From Tubulanus polymorphus (lineage: Eukaryota; Animalia; Nemertea), in NCBI RefSeq assembly GCF_964204645.1, contig NW_027437438.1, positions 1 through 64,000 on the forward strand: a stretch of DNA of 64,000 nucleotides, given 5' to 3'. How positions within the stretch are numbered: position 1 is the stretch's first letter; the number at the start of each line of letters is the position of its first letter. This document shows, piece by piece, positions 1 through 12,968 of this stretch. The position numbers and the translations under genes are program-made. A model generated the notes under the pieces. It searched no databases and was not told where the DNA came from. It saw nothing but the letters and a program-made list of their open reading frames with translations.

Positions 1-1382
1 TTTTTCAACTTGTCTTACTTGTCTTTTGTTAACAGTTCCAGAGTTTCAATTACAATCAAATCCAAATTGGCTAAAAAGTACATAGGACTAAATGAAATGA
101 ACCGTTAGTTACTGCAAACCTATTCCAGTGTTATGTCGATCGTGTTGAATCACTTTCCCTGAGTTAAAAGAATCAGATCTTCTATGGTACAACATCGGTC
201 GAAGAGAGATATCTTGGTGTTGATGGTCCTTGACCATCTAACTTCATGCGTTTGACATTGGAATCAGCATCATACCCATTTGAACTGCAAAATATTCACA
301 CAACATGAAAACCTACAGTACATGTATACAGTAATCAAACTTTCACCGATGTTGGATATTTGAATGAACATTAGGTTTATTTCAGTATTCTAAAGCAGGA
401 AATAATAAGCCCAATCAATAGGCCCTATTCCCATTGGAACAATTGTATAATGCATACAGCTGTACCGTACACTTATCAGTCAAGAATGGAGAAATTGGTA
501 TACCAAACCTACGAACAGCAAAATGTACAGGCCTACAATGATTTCTGGTATACAAGCCGTGACCACATGAACGTTTTGGTTTGACTAATAATGTCAGCAG
601 GTCAGAAAAGGCCTGGCCAAACTTAATCACATGGCTCAAATCAATTAGCCTTTCTGCGTGTGAATATTTCACTGTATTGTTTTAAAAATAGGCCTATCGA
701 GTGAATTAGTACATAGACTGAATTAGACTTTAGGCTAGTCATGACCAAATCCTATCCATGTTATAATGGCACCAGTTAGGCCCTATAGTAACATCACTGT
801 GTAGGGCCGATGAGAGGGAAAAAGTTGTGTTTGTAGTACATAGGCATGGTAGGCTTGTCGTACTCACGTAATACTTAAAACGCTGTTGTTACCTGTACGT
901 GACTGTACGGTGATTTCTACAGGTTAGCCGTATGTGAGTACGTTGATGCTCAGACTTGCAATATTGGGATTCGAAACCAAACGAAAAAAAAATCCAGTTG
1001 AAGTCCGGTGATTTACCCACTGTACCACAGAACGTAACTGCAGGGTGGATGAAATTTGATTTACAAATAGCCTAGCCTCACCTCCCCAAACTCTATTCTT
1101 TCACGCATGCGCGTTTGCAGAATGTCGGCCTAGGAACTCACGTACGGCGTTTTTAGGGAACTCACGAACGGTTAACCTGTGGATATCACCGTACAGTCAA
1201 GTACGGGTAACAACTTCGTACTTAAAAAATGGTATTGGCTACTAGGAACTCACATACGGCGTTAGTAGGGAACTCACGTACGGTTAACCTGTGGAGATCA
1301 CCGTACAGTCACGTACGGGTAACAACTATGTACTTAAAATGCTATTGGGTACTATATAATAGGCCTATCTATATAGACAAAT
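1..1382. repeat. Left arm of a large imperfect inverted repeat (partner 5345-7241)
   Basis: 1-~575 is the reverse complement of ~6667-7241 (e.g. ttgtcttacttgtc...aacagttccagagt vs actctggaactgttaac...gacaagtaagacaa); ~576-1382 matches ~5345-5986. May extend beyond the window start. Confidence 0.9.
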
Positions 1383-4300
1383 AAATACCGGTAGGTAGGC
1401 TTTCTTGCTTAGCTTCCACACTTCACAACCGAACCAACTGACCAACCAGTATATTTATTCCCAGTACGCACCAACCGGCACAGGCCTAACACTGTTTGTC
1501 AACTGTGTGTACCGTAGTAGGCTATCGATAATCACCTGATACTTTTCTGTCGTTTGTTGAGCTCAGACCACTATTCCAAAATCTTCTATATCCTATAGTA
1601 AAAACAAGAAATTCGAGAGTTTAGTTCATATATAAGCGCGTAAATTCAGGGGAAATCCTGCTTATGGCTCATAGGCCAGCATCTTAACTACGCATTGAAG
1701 TGGTTTTCGCCCCACATACCCAACCTAACTTTTGAAATAATCAAACCTTTAGAAAGGAGGGGTATCCCAGTACAGGTATGCCAGTACATCCGAGCCAAAT
1801 ATCTAAGGGAATCCCCCACCGTGTTTGGTACCCTTACTCCAAGCAAAAAAAGTCCAGGGAATCCCTTATTTCATCATCAATCTGTCTCTCAGGATCAATG
1901 GATTTCATACATATAACCGAAATTCGTTACCTATCCCATTTGCAGAAATTATGGCAACATTTATGGGGGACCTCTTCTTCACTCTAGGTACTATTTTTGG
2001 GGTCCGGTCCTACGCATCTTCGAGCTACTAACCTAATTGTGGTCTGATGCCAGTTTTCTCTCTGAGACGAACGTAATTCTAGTAGCCCTCCGCGACTCAA
2101 CGACCTTGATTTAAACTTGATCAATTCAAAATCTGTTTATTGACGCTTTTGGTTACATGAACTGATCAGCAATATACTTAAATGAAATAACCGGAATAAC
2201 AAGAAATCAAAAATATTAAAGAGGTAACAAACAAATTCCCGTAAACCTGTCAGACACGCGAACGCCGGACTCGTAAACTCTTGGACTCGGACACGCTGAG
2301 CAATAAATTCATAAAATTGACTTTGAAATTGATTGTGGAGAAGAGAGGGAATTATTCGATAGCTCTTCCTCGAAAAGAAGAGAGAAATTTCTGAAAGAAA
2401 ACACAACATGGCTACTAATTGAACGCAGCCAAATTTCCGATGTTTACGGCTTGACAGTGCCTTTATAACGTGGATTTATCATCATTCCCATGCAGTATCT
2501 GGAGATTGAAGTGAGCTGAAGGATATCATGCCGATTGTATCGGCGACAGCGGTAAGGTAAGGAAGCCTTTACAATTTTAACAAAAACTGTGTGGAAAAGG
2601 GAAAAAAAAATAATAATAATCACGCGAATTTCAATAGGGTTTTCTGTGAAGAAATAGAAAACCCTAAATATGAAAATAACCATTAGGCCTACATATTATC
2701 ATTAATATTCAGCGGAATTAATGTCGACGAAGGTCCAGAAACAGAAAGGATTGAAAATGACTGTGGAGAGAAAAGTGTTTAGGGTAGGCTAATGGTTTTG
2801 TTCGGCTTTTCCTCAACAAATAAAACATAAAACAATCTATCTTTCATTGTAGGACCTGATAAAAACTTGCTTAACATTAAACGACGGTGATATTGCAAAA
2901 GCAACGAAGGAGGTAAAGAAATGAAACTTTTATGATATATAATCTGCCTTCTACACTGTTTCGATTTTGATATATCGCAATTCATGAATCATCTGAGTTA
3001 TTTTCAATATGTAGACAAGATATTTCTCATGAATCATTCATTTTTACAGATTGAAAGTGAACTTAAATCCCGAGCAATCATCATAAGTCCCGTCATAATA
3101 TTAAAAGAGGTCAGAAGTTATAAGAAAAACCAGCGGGACACCCAAGCAAGGTAGATTTTGATATGGGATTGAATTATGGAATTTAGGTTAAACATGATAG
3201 CCAATACTCCAATTAATATCGGTATAGGAAATCAAAAAAAAACGAAGGACAAACCTTTACAAGCAATAAAATCTTTAGAAGGGCACAAACTATTTGAAGC
3301 GTATTTAAAGGAAGAAAAAGAAGGTAATGTCATCATTACAGTAGACCAATGAAATTAAATTTGTATATTCTAAGCTCATGTACATAGTCATTTATGCCAT
3401 TGTAATTATTTTCATTTTCCAGATGGAAACAAATTGGTCACTATCAATGTGACAAACCTCGGAATGTTAATAAAGCCAACATGGCGTATAGGTTTGAATG
3501 TTTTGGTGGATAAGGATTACCATTTAATTTTATAACTGTAATGATTATGTCTTCGCTGTATAAATTAATTATGTTCTATCTAATCACTTATTTTTCAAGT
3601 TAATTTGATCCCACTTACCACATGCTGCACTGTTCCCATTTATCGTGGAATTTCTTGAGCACTTGAAGATATTTTCTTTGATGCTGGGTTTTTCCATTCA
3701 TGGTAGTTTCTGAACTCCAATAGGCTTGCGTTGATGAAGAACGTCATGATTTTCATATCTTGATCAGGTGCCAACAACTGTTTTTCTGCCTCAGATGATT
3801 ATTCATAGCTGCGTAGTTGACAAATAGGTACCGGTTCTCTGCTCACGGGTTTCCACCAATTTAACAACACTAATGTCCTAACTTGGTTTTCGGGGATGCT
3901 CCAACAATTTTAAATCACAAAATTAGCCCGCATTTAATTCTATAAAACATACATATTACATATACGCACTCAGAACGTGGGGAAGTATGACACTAGTGTG
4001 CGGCCAACCTCAGAACAAATACTTCCAGGTATGCTCCTGTAAAAGTAAGTAAGCAAAGATTAAAACATTAAATAGATGACTTAATTTTTAATATTGGTCA
4101 TAATAGGATAAACAGACCAAGACAGGCCTTTGAAAATACCTATGATTGGAATTTGGTTTTAAATAATTTCTAAGTCAATTATAAATTTCTTTATGCTTAT
4201 TTCGCCCTTTTGCAGAGTGAAAACAAGTAACAACAACCTCACATGTTGGAACAAGAATTTTGTGGAAAATTAATAAATGTACGTACACAATATCAATCAC

Positions 4301-5099
4301 AATGTACTTTGAAGGAGGTATTGAATAATTGAAATCAAATCCTTATTCAACTTAATGAAAAAGACATTAAAGCATTGAATAAAATTCATAATTTTATTTC
4401 AGAGACAGAGTGAAAGAGGATTGAACAAGATCGGGGCGTTCATATGGGCCATGGCAATATCAAAGAAATAAAGTAAAGAGGCTTACAAAAAACTGCAGCC
4501 ACACTTAAGCAAGCTCAAGGTATGTATATAACAAGATGACTTAAATGTGATATTAAGTTGAATTAAAAGAAAACTGTATATTTCAAATTATTACAAAAGA
4601 GGTCACCAGGCAGAATGATAAAAAGATTTTTTGTTATCTACAGTGCACTTGGCTTAGCTGGATCCTAGTAGTCACCATTAGCAGCTAACACAGGCCTATT
4701 AATTTTTCTAAGCAAAATACATGTAGGCCTTATGTCACATCATCTGGATCTACTAGTAATTTGATTTCCTTCAGTTGGGTTGTCACTATATATCCTATCC
4801 ATTTGAATTTGAATTGAATAAATTGAATTGAATTGCACTTAAAGCTAAAAATTATGAAAGAAAAATCTTTTTACTTGTATTTCCATTTCCACGAGTTATT
4901 ACAAGGATTCATGTACTTACCCTGCTTACAGAACTATAGAACTATAACGGAATAGTTCTATGACAGAACACATAAACTTTGATCAAAGTTACCTCGTGAA
5001 AAGTAGCGAGCTCGCATTAAGTTTATACACATTACAAGAGAAAACGCGGTAGCCACCTATTACGCGGTAAAATTCCTAGAAATCGATTTGATGACGTCA

Positions 5100-5331
5100 C
5101 GAATGTGGAGCGTCGGAAATTTGTCGGTTATTCGGCGGTTGTATTTATCGACAATTTATCGACCATTTTCTGACATCCTGAAGCGTCGGTAAATTGTCGG
5201 AAAAGCGGTTAGGTTTTTCGACAATTTACCGACGACTGAACCGCTCATGCGACGATTTACCACCGGAAAACCGCTAAAAAACCGAATAAGATAACCGCTC
5301 ATTTTCCGACGATCAAAATTGGCCATTAGTG
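5100..5331 (-). mobile_element. CACTA/EnSpm transposon terminus with subterminal repeats
   Basis: Ends in TAGTG (5327-5331; CACTA on minus), preceded by dense short direct and inverted GTCGG/CCGAC/ACCG repeats. Matching other end not found. Confidence 0.6.
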
Positions 5332-5344
5332 TACCGTTATTGCC

Positions 5345-7241
5345 TATTTGTCTATAGGCTATTATATAGTAGCCAATACCATTTTAATTACGAAGTTTTT
5401 ATCCGTAAATTACGAAGTTGTTATCCGTACGTGACTGTACGGTGATCTCCACAGGTTACGTGAGTTCCCTACAAATGCCGTACGTGAGTTACTATAATCT
5501 ATATACGCGCATGCGTGAAAGAATAGGGTTTGGGTAAGGTGAGTCTATTTGTAAATCAACTTTCATCCACCCTGCAGTTACGTTCTGTGGCTCAGTGGGT
5601 AAATCACTGGACTACCGCTGGAATTTTTTTTCGTACTCACATACGGCTAACCTGTGGAAATCACCGTACTGAGTCACGTACGGGTAACAACAGCGTTTTT
5701 AGTATTAAGTGAGTACGATAAGCTACCATGCCTACGGCCACGTACTACAAACATAAACTCTCGTCGGCCCTACACTGATGTTACTATAACTGGTACCGTT
5801 ATCACATGGCTAGGATTTGATCAGGACTAGCCCAAAGTCTAATTCAGTCTGATGCACTATTCACTCGATAGGCCTATCATTAAAATAATACACTGAAGTA
5901 GTCACAGGCAGAAAGGCTAATTGATATAAGCCATGTGATTAAATTTAACCAGGCCTTCTCTGACCTGCTGATATTAATAGTCAAACCTAGACGTATCGGC
6001 CCCACTCCGCGCGGTTGCGCCACCGCGCGGGATTTACGCGAAGCAGCAGAACACAAACACGGCCACTCTCTCAATTTTCAATGATAGATATCGTGTGTGT
6101 ATTTCAATTATTTCGGCTGTTAGGGTTTTAAGGCACGATATAAGTTGATGATGTGATATGGCGATGTTAATTAATGATAATTCCGCAGTGAAGCTAGTCA
6201 CGAACGGTTCCGATTGAGTGTACAGCTGCCAAAAACACTGAAATGTGCGTAGTTGCGTAACTATTTGCAGTGAATTGCAGACGAAACACGAAGCCTTAAC
6301 GGCCGTTTAAAAAAAAATTATACCAATCGCAATTGTAAAATAAAAATGAGATAGAACCTAAGTTAAAATTCTGGCCATTTCTAAAATGTTATTAATTATT
6401 ATTACTAATCTTTAGTCAGTGCGGAACGTTTAGTTTTCCAACAATAATGAGGGGTGGTAGGTAGTCATGCAATTCAAGTCATCATTTATTACACGTTACT
6501 TCCGTGTTGTTGAAAATCTCGCGAGTCCTGGACTAAACCCCAATGAACAATGTGATCTGTGTGCTGGCCACAAATGCACACAGATCACACTACACTACCC
6601 ATTACACACTCCAGTACCCACAGCTTTCATATATCCATCCAAATATTTAGTGGCTTTCTTCCTGGATCCAAAACGTTAATGTGGTCACGGCTTGTATACC
6701 AGAAATCATTGTAGGCCTGTACATTTAGCTGTACATAGGTTTGGTATACCGATTTCTCCAATCTTGACTGATAAGTGTACGGTACAGCCGTACGCATTAT
6801 ACAATTGTACCAATAGGAATAGGGCCTATTGATTGGGCTTATTTCCTGCTTTAGAATACTGAAATAAGCCTAACGTTCATTCAAATATCCAAAAATCGGT
6901 GAAAGTTTGATTACTGTATACATGTACTGTAGATTTTCATGTTGTGTGAATATTTTGCAGTTTACGTGGATATGATGCTGATTCCAACGGCAAACGCATG
7001 GAGTTAGATGGTCAAGGACAGTCAACACCAAGATATCACTCTTTCGACTGATGCTGCGCCATAGAAGATCTGATTCTTTCAACTCAATCAAAGTGATTCA
7101 ACACGATCGACAATAACACTGGAATAGATTTGCAGTGACAGTTTATTTCATTTAGTCCTATGTACTTTTAGCCAATTTTGATTTGATTGTGATTGAACTC
7201 TGGAACTGTTAACGAGAGACAAGTAAGACAAGTGGAAAAAA
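5345..7241. repeat. Right arm of the large inverted repeat, interrupted by the insertion at 5987-6666
   Basis: Collinear reverse complement of 1-1382 with scattered substitutions and indels. Confidence 0.9.
5987..6666 (-). mobile_element. Non-autonomous Helitron-like insertion
   Basis: Absent from the other IR arm. Minus strand starts A|TC and ends with hairpin CCGCGCGGT-GGCGCA-ACCGCGCGG (6007-6030) 16 nt before a terminal CTAG. The 3' flank is G rather than the canonical T. Confidence 0.55.
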
Positions 7242-8005
7242 CACAAGTTATTCTTGATTCTCATATTCAAATCGAATTCAAATTCAAATTTATTTTATTA
7301 CATCATATTTACAAAGCATATCATTGGTTCATGCAGTAATAAAAATAAGGACAGAACAAATATTATAATAGAATTTTCAAAAAGGTAATGAATTTCTATA
7401 ACTAAATGAACATTACTTTTCTAATAACAAAGATCAAGAGTGACTCTTCGTTTATTAGGAAACACACGCAACTAGTGGAATAGGTTTGATATTAACACAC
7501 ATGTTGCAGGTATAAATTGTTTATCATTATACAATTTGTAAAACATAAAAGCCGCAATCAACATCGGTCGAGACCCAGACCAAATCAATTCATAATTTAT
7601 TGATTGGATCTAAACTACAATATATGTATTTATTCAAATATTTCAATAAAAACATTAACTTCTTAAATCTATCCATTTTTAGCGTGGTGATAATATTGGA
7701 TCATGATGTTTGAATGCCAAAATAAATGCCTGGTCGAATAAATTCTTATTTGTTGATTGTATGTCCGCGTATGTTCGGTTTCAAGGCTGAATCACATTTG
7801 ACGTTTACACAGTGGTTGCATATTAGGTTCGAATCTGTCAATGCATTTTATTCTATGTATCAGTATTTCAATTTACTACAATTCCCATCATCCTAGTGAA
7901 TGGCTTTGGAGAAAACCCGCCATCGCTACTTTGCAGCTATATTTAGCAATACTATTTCGCACAGCTATAGCGATACCGCCCATTTACTAATGGACAATTC
8001 ATGTC

Positions 8006-8226
8006 AGTAATAGGGATAATAGGCTTTCATACCAAAGGTCGAGGGGTCGAGCTCGTAAAAAAATGAAAATAAAAATAATTTACAGTTGAATTAGTCGCGC
8101 ACACTCCTAATCCAACTGTAAATTATTATTATTTTCATTTTTTTACTCACTCGCCCCTTCAACCTTTGATATGAAAGCCTATTATCCCTATTACTCTTAA
8201 AATATTCATATACATGAATAACATTT
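8006..8226. repeat. Left TIR; 8006-8195 is itself a fold-back palindrome
   Basis: agtaatagggataataggctttcat...atgaaagcctattatccctattact. 8157-8226 is the approximate reverse complement of 29468-29540. Confidence 0.9.
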
Positions 8227-8240
8227 AAAAGTGTAAGCTC

Positions 8241-8885
8241 TTATAAAATAGATATATAGATAAATTTACAACAATATTTTATAAACTTATATTCATAGGG
8301 AAATTGTAGTCTCAGTAATAATTTTGAACCTTTATTATTCTTTAATTTATTCATATATTCATCATGTAATTCAGTAGGTATAATTTGATTTTCTTCCAAT
8401 GATTGTTGCATAGATTTTCTATCTTTGTTATAAAATAAAACAAGAAATCTTATATTCTCCCTAAAGTCTTTAACAATTGAATTATATTTTTGATTTAAAA
8501 CCCATGTTGTTATCCCGAAATGTCTTCCAGAGAAAGCTAAATAACATAACTCACTTTCTCTCACTTTTGAATCATGTAAATTAGCGCAATCATCTACAAT
8601 GAATAATGTATTTGATCCTTTATAAGTATCAATTGCTATTTTTATACAATTATCCAAATTTTCTTTTACTATTTTAGGATCTAATATAATAAACTTTTTC
8701 ATCTTAACTATATCTCTATTATATGTTTTATTCATTTCATAAATAGGACAGAATAATATTATATTATCAAAATGATTCTTATAAATAGTTTCTAACAAAT
8801 CTAATATGAAATGTGTTTTACCACAGTTTGTTACTCCAGTAACTAACATATTATGCGGTTCAAATATAAATAAATCTTTATTCAT
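8241..8885 (-). CDS. A32/FtsK-like DNA packaging ATPase
   Basis: Walker A GVTNCGKT, Walker B FIVDD, arginine finger SGRH, motif C VLNQ; 214 aa open. Confidence 0.92.
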   Translation of the reverse strand: MNKDLFIFEPHNMLVTGVTNCGKTHFILDLLETIYKNHFDNIILFCPIYEMNKTYNRDIVKMKKFIILDPKIVKENLDNCIKIAIDTYKGSNTLFIVDDCANLHDSKVRESELCYLAFSGRHFGITTWVLNQKYNSIVKDFRENIRFLVLFYNKDRKSMQQSLEENQIIPTELHDEYMNKLKNNKGSKLLLRLQFPYEYKFIKYCCKFIYISIL

Positions 8886-9969
8886 TTATTCTTTTAATTT
8901 TACTAGATAAAATCCATTCATTAAATTTATCATCGTATCCTTTATATTTCACCAAAGAATACTTTTTTCCTTTAAGAGTTTTTAATTTCAATACTTTTTC
9001 TATTTTGTATTCTATTTCATCTCGATTTGGTACAAATGATAATTCTTGTTCATAGAAATAACCTAACATTTCTTCATCTTTTAGATCTTCTAGTTTATAA
9101 ACAAATGGTTTAGTTAATATTATCTTTTTAATCTTGAATATTTCTTCTGTAAAATTTGGGGTATAACCTTTATAAAATGTTTTTCTATATTTAGATATTC
9201 TAACGTGTTGTCCAATTTTAAATTTAGGTTCACCAAAATCATGTGTAACAAACGCACCATATAAATTATTCCAAACTATTTCTGAATTATCTTCTTTTCT
9301 AGCTTGTATAGGTTTCATATTTATAGAACTATGTTTAGAATTATTATAACCTTTCACTAAATCATCTAACACATCGATATATTTATATGTTTCATTAGCA
9401 GTAAAATATTTCCACATTCTAGTTTTCAATGTTTTATTAAATCTTTCTATAATAGATGCTTTTTTAACTGAATGTGTTGAAAAATATTCCACATCGTTAT
9501 CAGATAATAGTTTTTTAAAATGTTTGTTATAGAATTCCTTACCTTCATCAAATTGTATCTTATCTGGAATGGCTTCTTTAAATATAGATTTAAAAGCATT
9601 TGTCACTTCTTTTCTAGTTTTATTTTTGATTGGAATTGACCATGCGTATCTACTGAATATGTCTATAACATTTAATATCCAGAAATATCCTTTGTTGTAT
9701 TCTTCTAAGTTCTTCATATCAATTAAATCTGCTTGCCATTGTTGATCGATATATGAAACCATAACTTTTCTTGTTAAATAAGTTTTATCCATTTTCTTAT
9801 GGATTTGATATGTTGGTTGATTTTGTAACCATGATTTTAATTCATTATATTTTATATCACCATTTTCATTATCAGATTTAATTTTATTCCATAATTCTGA
9901 AACGTTAGAATATGATACTTCACTTTCTGGATTGTAATATAAATCTCTTAAATATTGTTCTTTTTTCAT
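8878..9969 (-). CDS. Retroviral-like (rve, DDE) integrase with C-terminal chromodomain
   Basis: WQADLIDM, VIDIFSRYAW, QFDEGKEF, IERFNKTLK; chromo-like YKIEKVL...LVKYKGYDDKFNEWI; 363 aa open. Confidence 0.95.
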   Translation of the reverse strand: MKKEQYLRDLYYNPESEVSYSNVSELWNKIKSDNENGDIKYNELKSWLQNQPTYQIHKKMDKTYLTRKVMVSYIDQQWQADLIDMKNLEEYNKGYFWILNVIDIFSRYAWSIPIKNKTRKEVTNAFKSIFKEAIPDKIQFDEGKEFYNKHFKKLLSDNDVEYFSTHSVKKASIIERFNKTLKTRMWKYFTANETYKYIDVLDDLVKGYNNSKHSSINMKPIQARKEDNSEIVWNNLYGAFVTHDFGEPKFKIGQHVRISKYRKTFYKGYTPNFTEEIFKIKKIILTKPFVYKLEDLKDEEMLGYFYEQELSFVPNRDEIEYKIEKVLKLKTLKGKKYSLVKYKGYDDKFNEWILSSKIKRINE

Positions 9970-9977
9970 CTTATTTT

Positions 9978-10932
9978 AATCCATTAATAATAATTTAGAT
10001 TTAGTTTCAATGGCTGTATGATTTGACTTATTTTCTGGTATAATAGGTTTATTATCATTGGAACCATTATTGTTATAATCAGATTTATACTTATATTTAT
10101 ATATTACACCGGATAATATAATAACTGTTACTAATCCAATTGTAATATATAATTTATAATTACTTCCAGCATTAGAAGAATTAGATGGATTATTATTTGT
10201 ATCAATATCAGGTGATTCATTTATATCAGTTAATTTCTTTTTCTTAGCTTTTTTAATTCTGAAGATCTTTTACCTAATTCTCTTGCCCATTTAATTTGTT
10301 TCTCGGATCTAGCCTTTTTCTTAACGGTATCACTCATTTATTTTAGTTAATTTTTGTTCTGATTCATTTTCTGTTTCACCATTTGGTTGTAGTACATCTG
10401 TTTCGTTCTTACCTGATTTATATTCCATAGGCTTGATGTTCGAAAATGTTATGACGCCAGTAGAAATTAATGTCATAACCGATCCTAATTGAAATGAAGC
10501 ATAGCCGACCCATTTTTGTAATTCAGTCATAACTAAGTAGTCATTTTTCAAATCACTATATAATTTATTTTCATCATTAATTGTCATTAACCGGTTACAT
10601 AATTTTGAATAACATTTTATAATACTATCTGAAATAGAATCATTTATTCGAGCCAATCTAGCTTCTTCATAAATCTTAAAATATTTTATTACTTTATTGG
10701 GTTTCATAGAGTCTAGTTCTTGAAAAGTAATGGTCTTAGTTAAAAATTGTTTAGATTTTCTGCCTGCAATTAGTAACTCAAGATGGTGTTTACAATATAA
10801 ATAGTATTCATAATCAATATTGTTATTAACTTGAATAGAATTAGAAACAACTGGATCCTTATTATCACTAATACCTAAATCATCTAATGTTATTTCAATA
10901 TCAATACTATTCTTACTCGATTTCTTTGACAT
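9978..10932 (-). CDS. Polinton hypothetical membrane-associated gene(s): 200-aa ORF (10330-10932) plus a disrupted downstream reading with a TM segment
   Basis: TAAATG start and hydrophobic C-terminal part. After the stop the sequence continues ...KWARELGKRS, shifts frame, then reads LYITIGLVTVIILSGVIYKY...LLLMD*. Confidence 0.55.
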
Positions 10933-12169
10933 TTATATTAGAGAAAAAAAGCAAAAAAATATTATAAGTATTATAAAATGATACTAGATAGTTAAAGTTA
11001 AAGAATTCTAGTATTGACTACTGATACTAGCTATTTCAATTTAAAGAATTTCTATTTGAATCTATTCAAAATATAAAGTATTCTCTTTTGAAAAGAAAGT
11101 ATTAAAAATATAATAGAATTCACTAGCTAGTTGAAGTTATAGTTTTTTAAATACTTTTTATTTAAATTAGGATTTAATATCTCACTACTATTGTCTATCT
11201 ATTAGGAGCAGTAATTATAACTGTCCAGATAAGTCATTTCCGATCCTTGATAATAAATCCTAAAACTGAAAATAAATTCAAAGAAACCACTGATGGAAAT
11301 ACTATTTCATAACCACACATATATTTTATTCTACAATCATTATCGATTTCCACATTCCAAGCCGCTCGGCAGCCGAGCGGTAAGGTATGCGTGGAATGCA
11401 GGAATCAATAAAGTATAATACAACATCTGTCACTGTGTGTGACATTAACAACAGCTGAATGACGCAATTGAAATTTCGGCAAACGTAATGCATTGAAAGC
11501 CTATACAGTAAGGCTAAACTGCTACAGTCTCACGAGTTGAAATATCCATTATTTCTGATTCCACATCCATCTATCTTCACTTTCTTGATTCAATGGCCTT
11601 CATTTTGTTATCTAAAAGATAAATATCTAGCGTAGAATAAAACTAACTTGAAGTTGTAGTTGTAAAATATTAATTACAGCACTTAAACATGACCATTTTG
11701 TGGCGCATCTTACCAGGATAAGTTTTACATGTTTAGCGTTTCCCAACGCCTTAATAACAACAAAAACAGTACTTACATTTATAACTGTAAACTCCTAAAA
11801 TTGTGTTTATAGAGAGAATATCCTATACGTTCCTATGCTTATGTGCTGCGCGTTTATAACTGCCAGTTATTCACTAGCTAAACACTGTCTGGTGCAACAG
11901 ATGTTCCTTTGTAATGTTATCGATTAATCCTTTTTAACTGAAATAGAACATTCGATCAATATTCAAATGAGATACACCCCATTCAACTGAATATGAAATG
12001 CGGCACAGATGTTTTTGTAAACAACCTAATACAATTACATACAGGCGGTTTGACATAGATCGAGAGTAACCGGTTTTCTAAGCGTTTAACATTCAACGTA
12101 TTTTTCATTATGTGTTAAATTCCATAATTCAACAAATGTCTTTGCTTTATCCAGTTGATCTAAATATAA

Positions 12170-12739
12170 CTATGAATCTAGTTTGTTAGATTTAATTATG
12201 TTTTCCTTCTTTTCTAAAGGTCTTAAATTCTTCCAACTCCAAATAAGTTTTTTATTGTATTCATCATTCATGTTAAATCTAGATATTGGTAACACGTGAT
12301 CAATATGAAAGTATTCACCATAATTATCTATATTCATTTTATCATCGAATTGAAATATAATCCATGATTTGAGAAATTCATCTGAACAACCCAATAAATT
12401 AGATAATGTTTCTGAATGTGTTTCTTTGTTGAATAATTGTGTTAATCTAGATCTTAAGCATTGTTTTAATCTAAAATTAATATCTGTTTGATATCTTACT
12501 CTCATATCTTCTGTCATATAATCATTGTAAGCTTCTCTATTATCTTCTCGATATTGTTTGGTATATAGTTTAGTACAAGTTTTACAGCAATATTGAAAAC
12601 CATCTTTGCTAATCTTACGCTTACTAAATTCTGTTAAAGCTAATTTATCTAATTCACACTTAGAACACTTCTTGTAGTATATATTTATGACGCCAGTGTT
12701 ATTTCTAATATTTATAGTATGTGGTTGTTCTGATTCCAT
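12170..12739 (-). CDS. HNH endonuclease with N-terminal Cys4 zinc ribbon, copy 1
   Basis: KKCSKC...CCKTC; LLGCS...QFD.KM...NYG..FHIDHVLP...NLRPL...EN..K.NK, a pattern I recognise from NCLDV/phage HNH nucleases. The frame stays open ~27 codons past the TAG, so the stop is likely premature. Confidence 0.8.
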   Translation of the reverse strand: MESEQPHTINIRNNTGVINIYYKKCSKCELDKLALTEFSKRKISKDGFQYCCKTCTKLYTKQYREDNREAYNDYMTEDMRVRYQTDINFRLKQCLRSRLTQLFNKETHSETLSNLLGCSDEFLKSWIIFQFDDKMNIDNYGEYFHIDHVLPISRFNMNDEYNKKLIWSWKNLRPLEKKENIIKSNKLDS

Positions 12740-12896
12740 TTATTATACATATTTTTTTACTAAATTTATTTTAGAAGTTATTCATTTATATGTTATTCAT
12801 GAATATGTATGAATTATTTCAATAAAACTTTACTAACACCTTTAATGTTTAAAAATCTAACTCATACAAATATAAATATTGAAATATGTTTAAAAT

Positions 12897-12968
12897 ATAC
12901 CTATGTATTAGATACCCTATTAGATACCCTATTAGATACCCTAATACCTGATACCCTATTAGATACCT
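12897..12968. repeat. 12-bp tandem repeat ATTAGATACCCT, ~5 imperfect units (second copy ~17574-17645)
   Basis: Seen directly; intergenic. Confidence 0.85.

Noticed and set aside
7270-7880. Old LINE 3' end on the minus strand with (TTTGAA)n tail
   Set aside because: Too degenerate; no protein motif could be read.
9970-9975. Baculovirus late promoter ATAAG before the integrase
   Set aside because: Only one or two instances in very AT-rich DNA; not distinguishable from chance.
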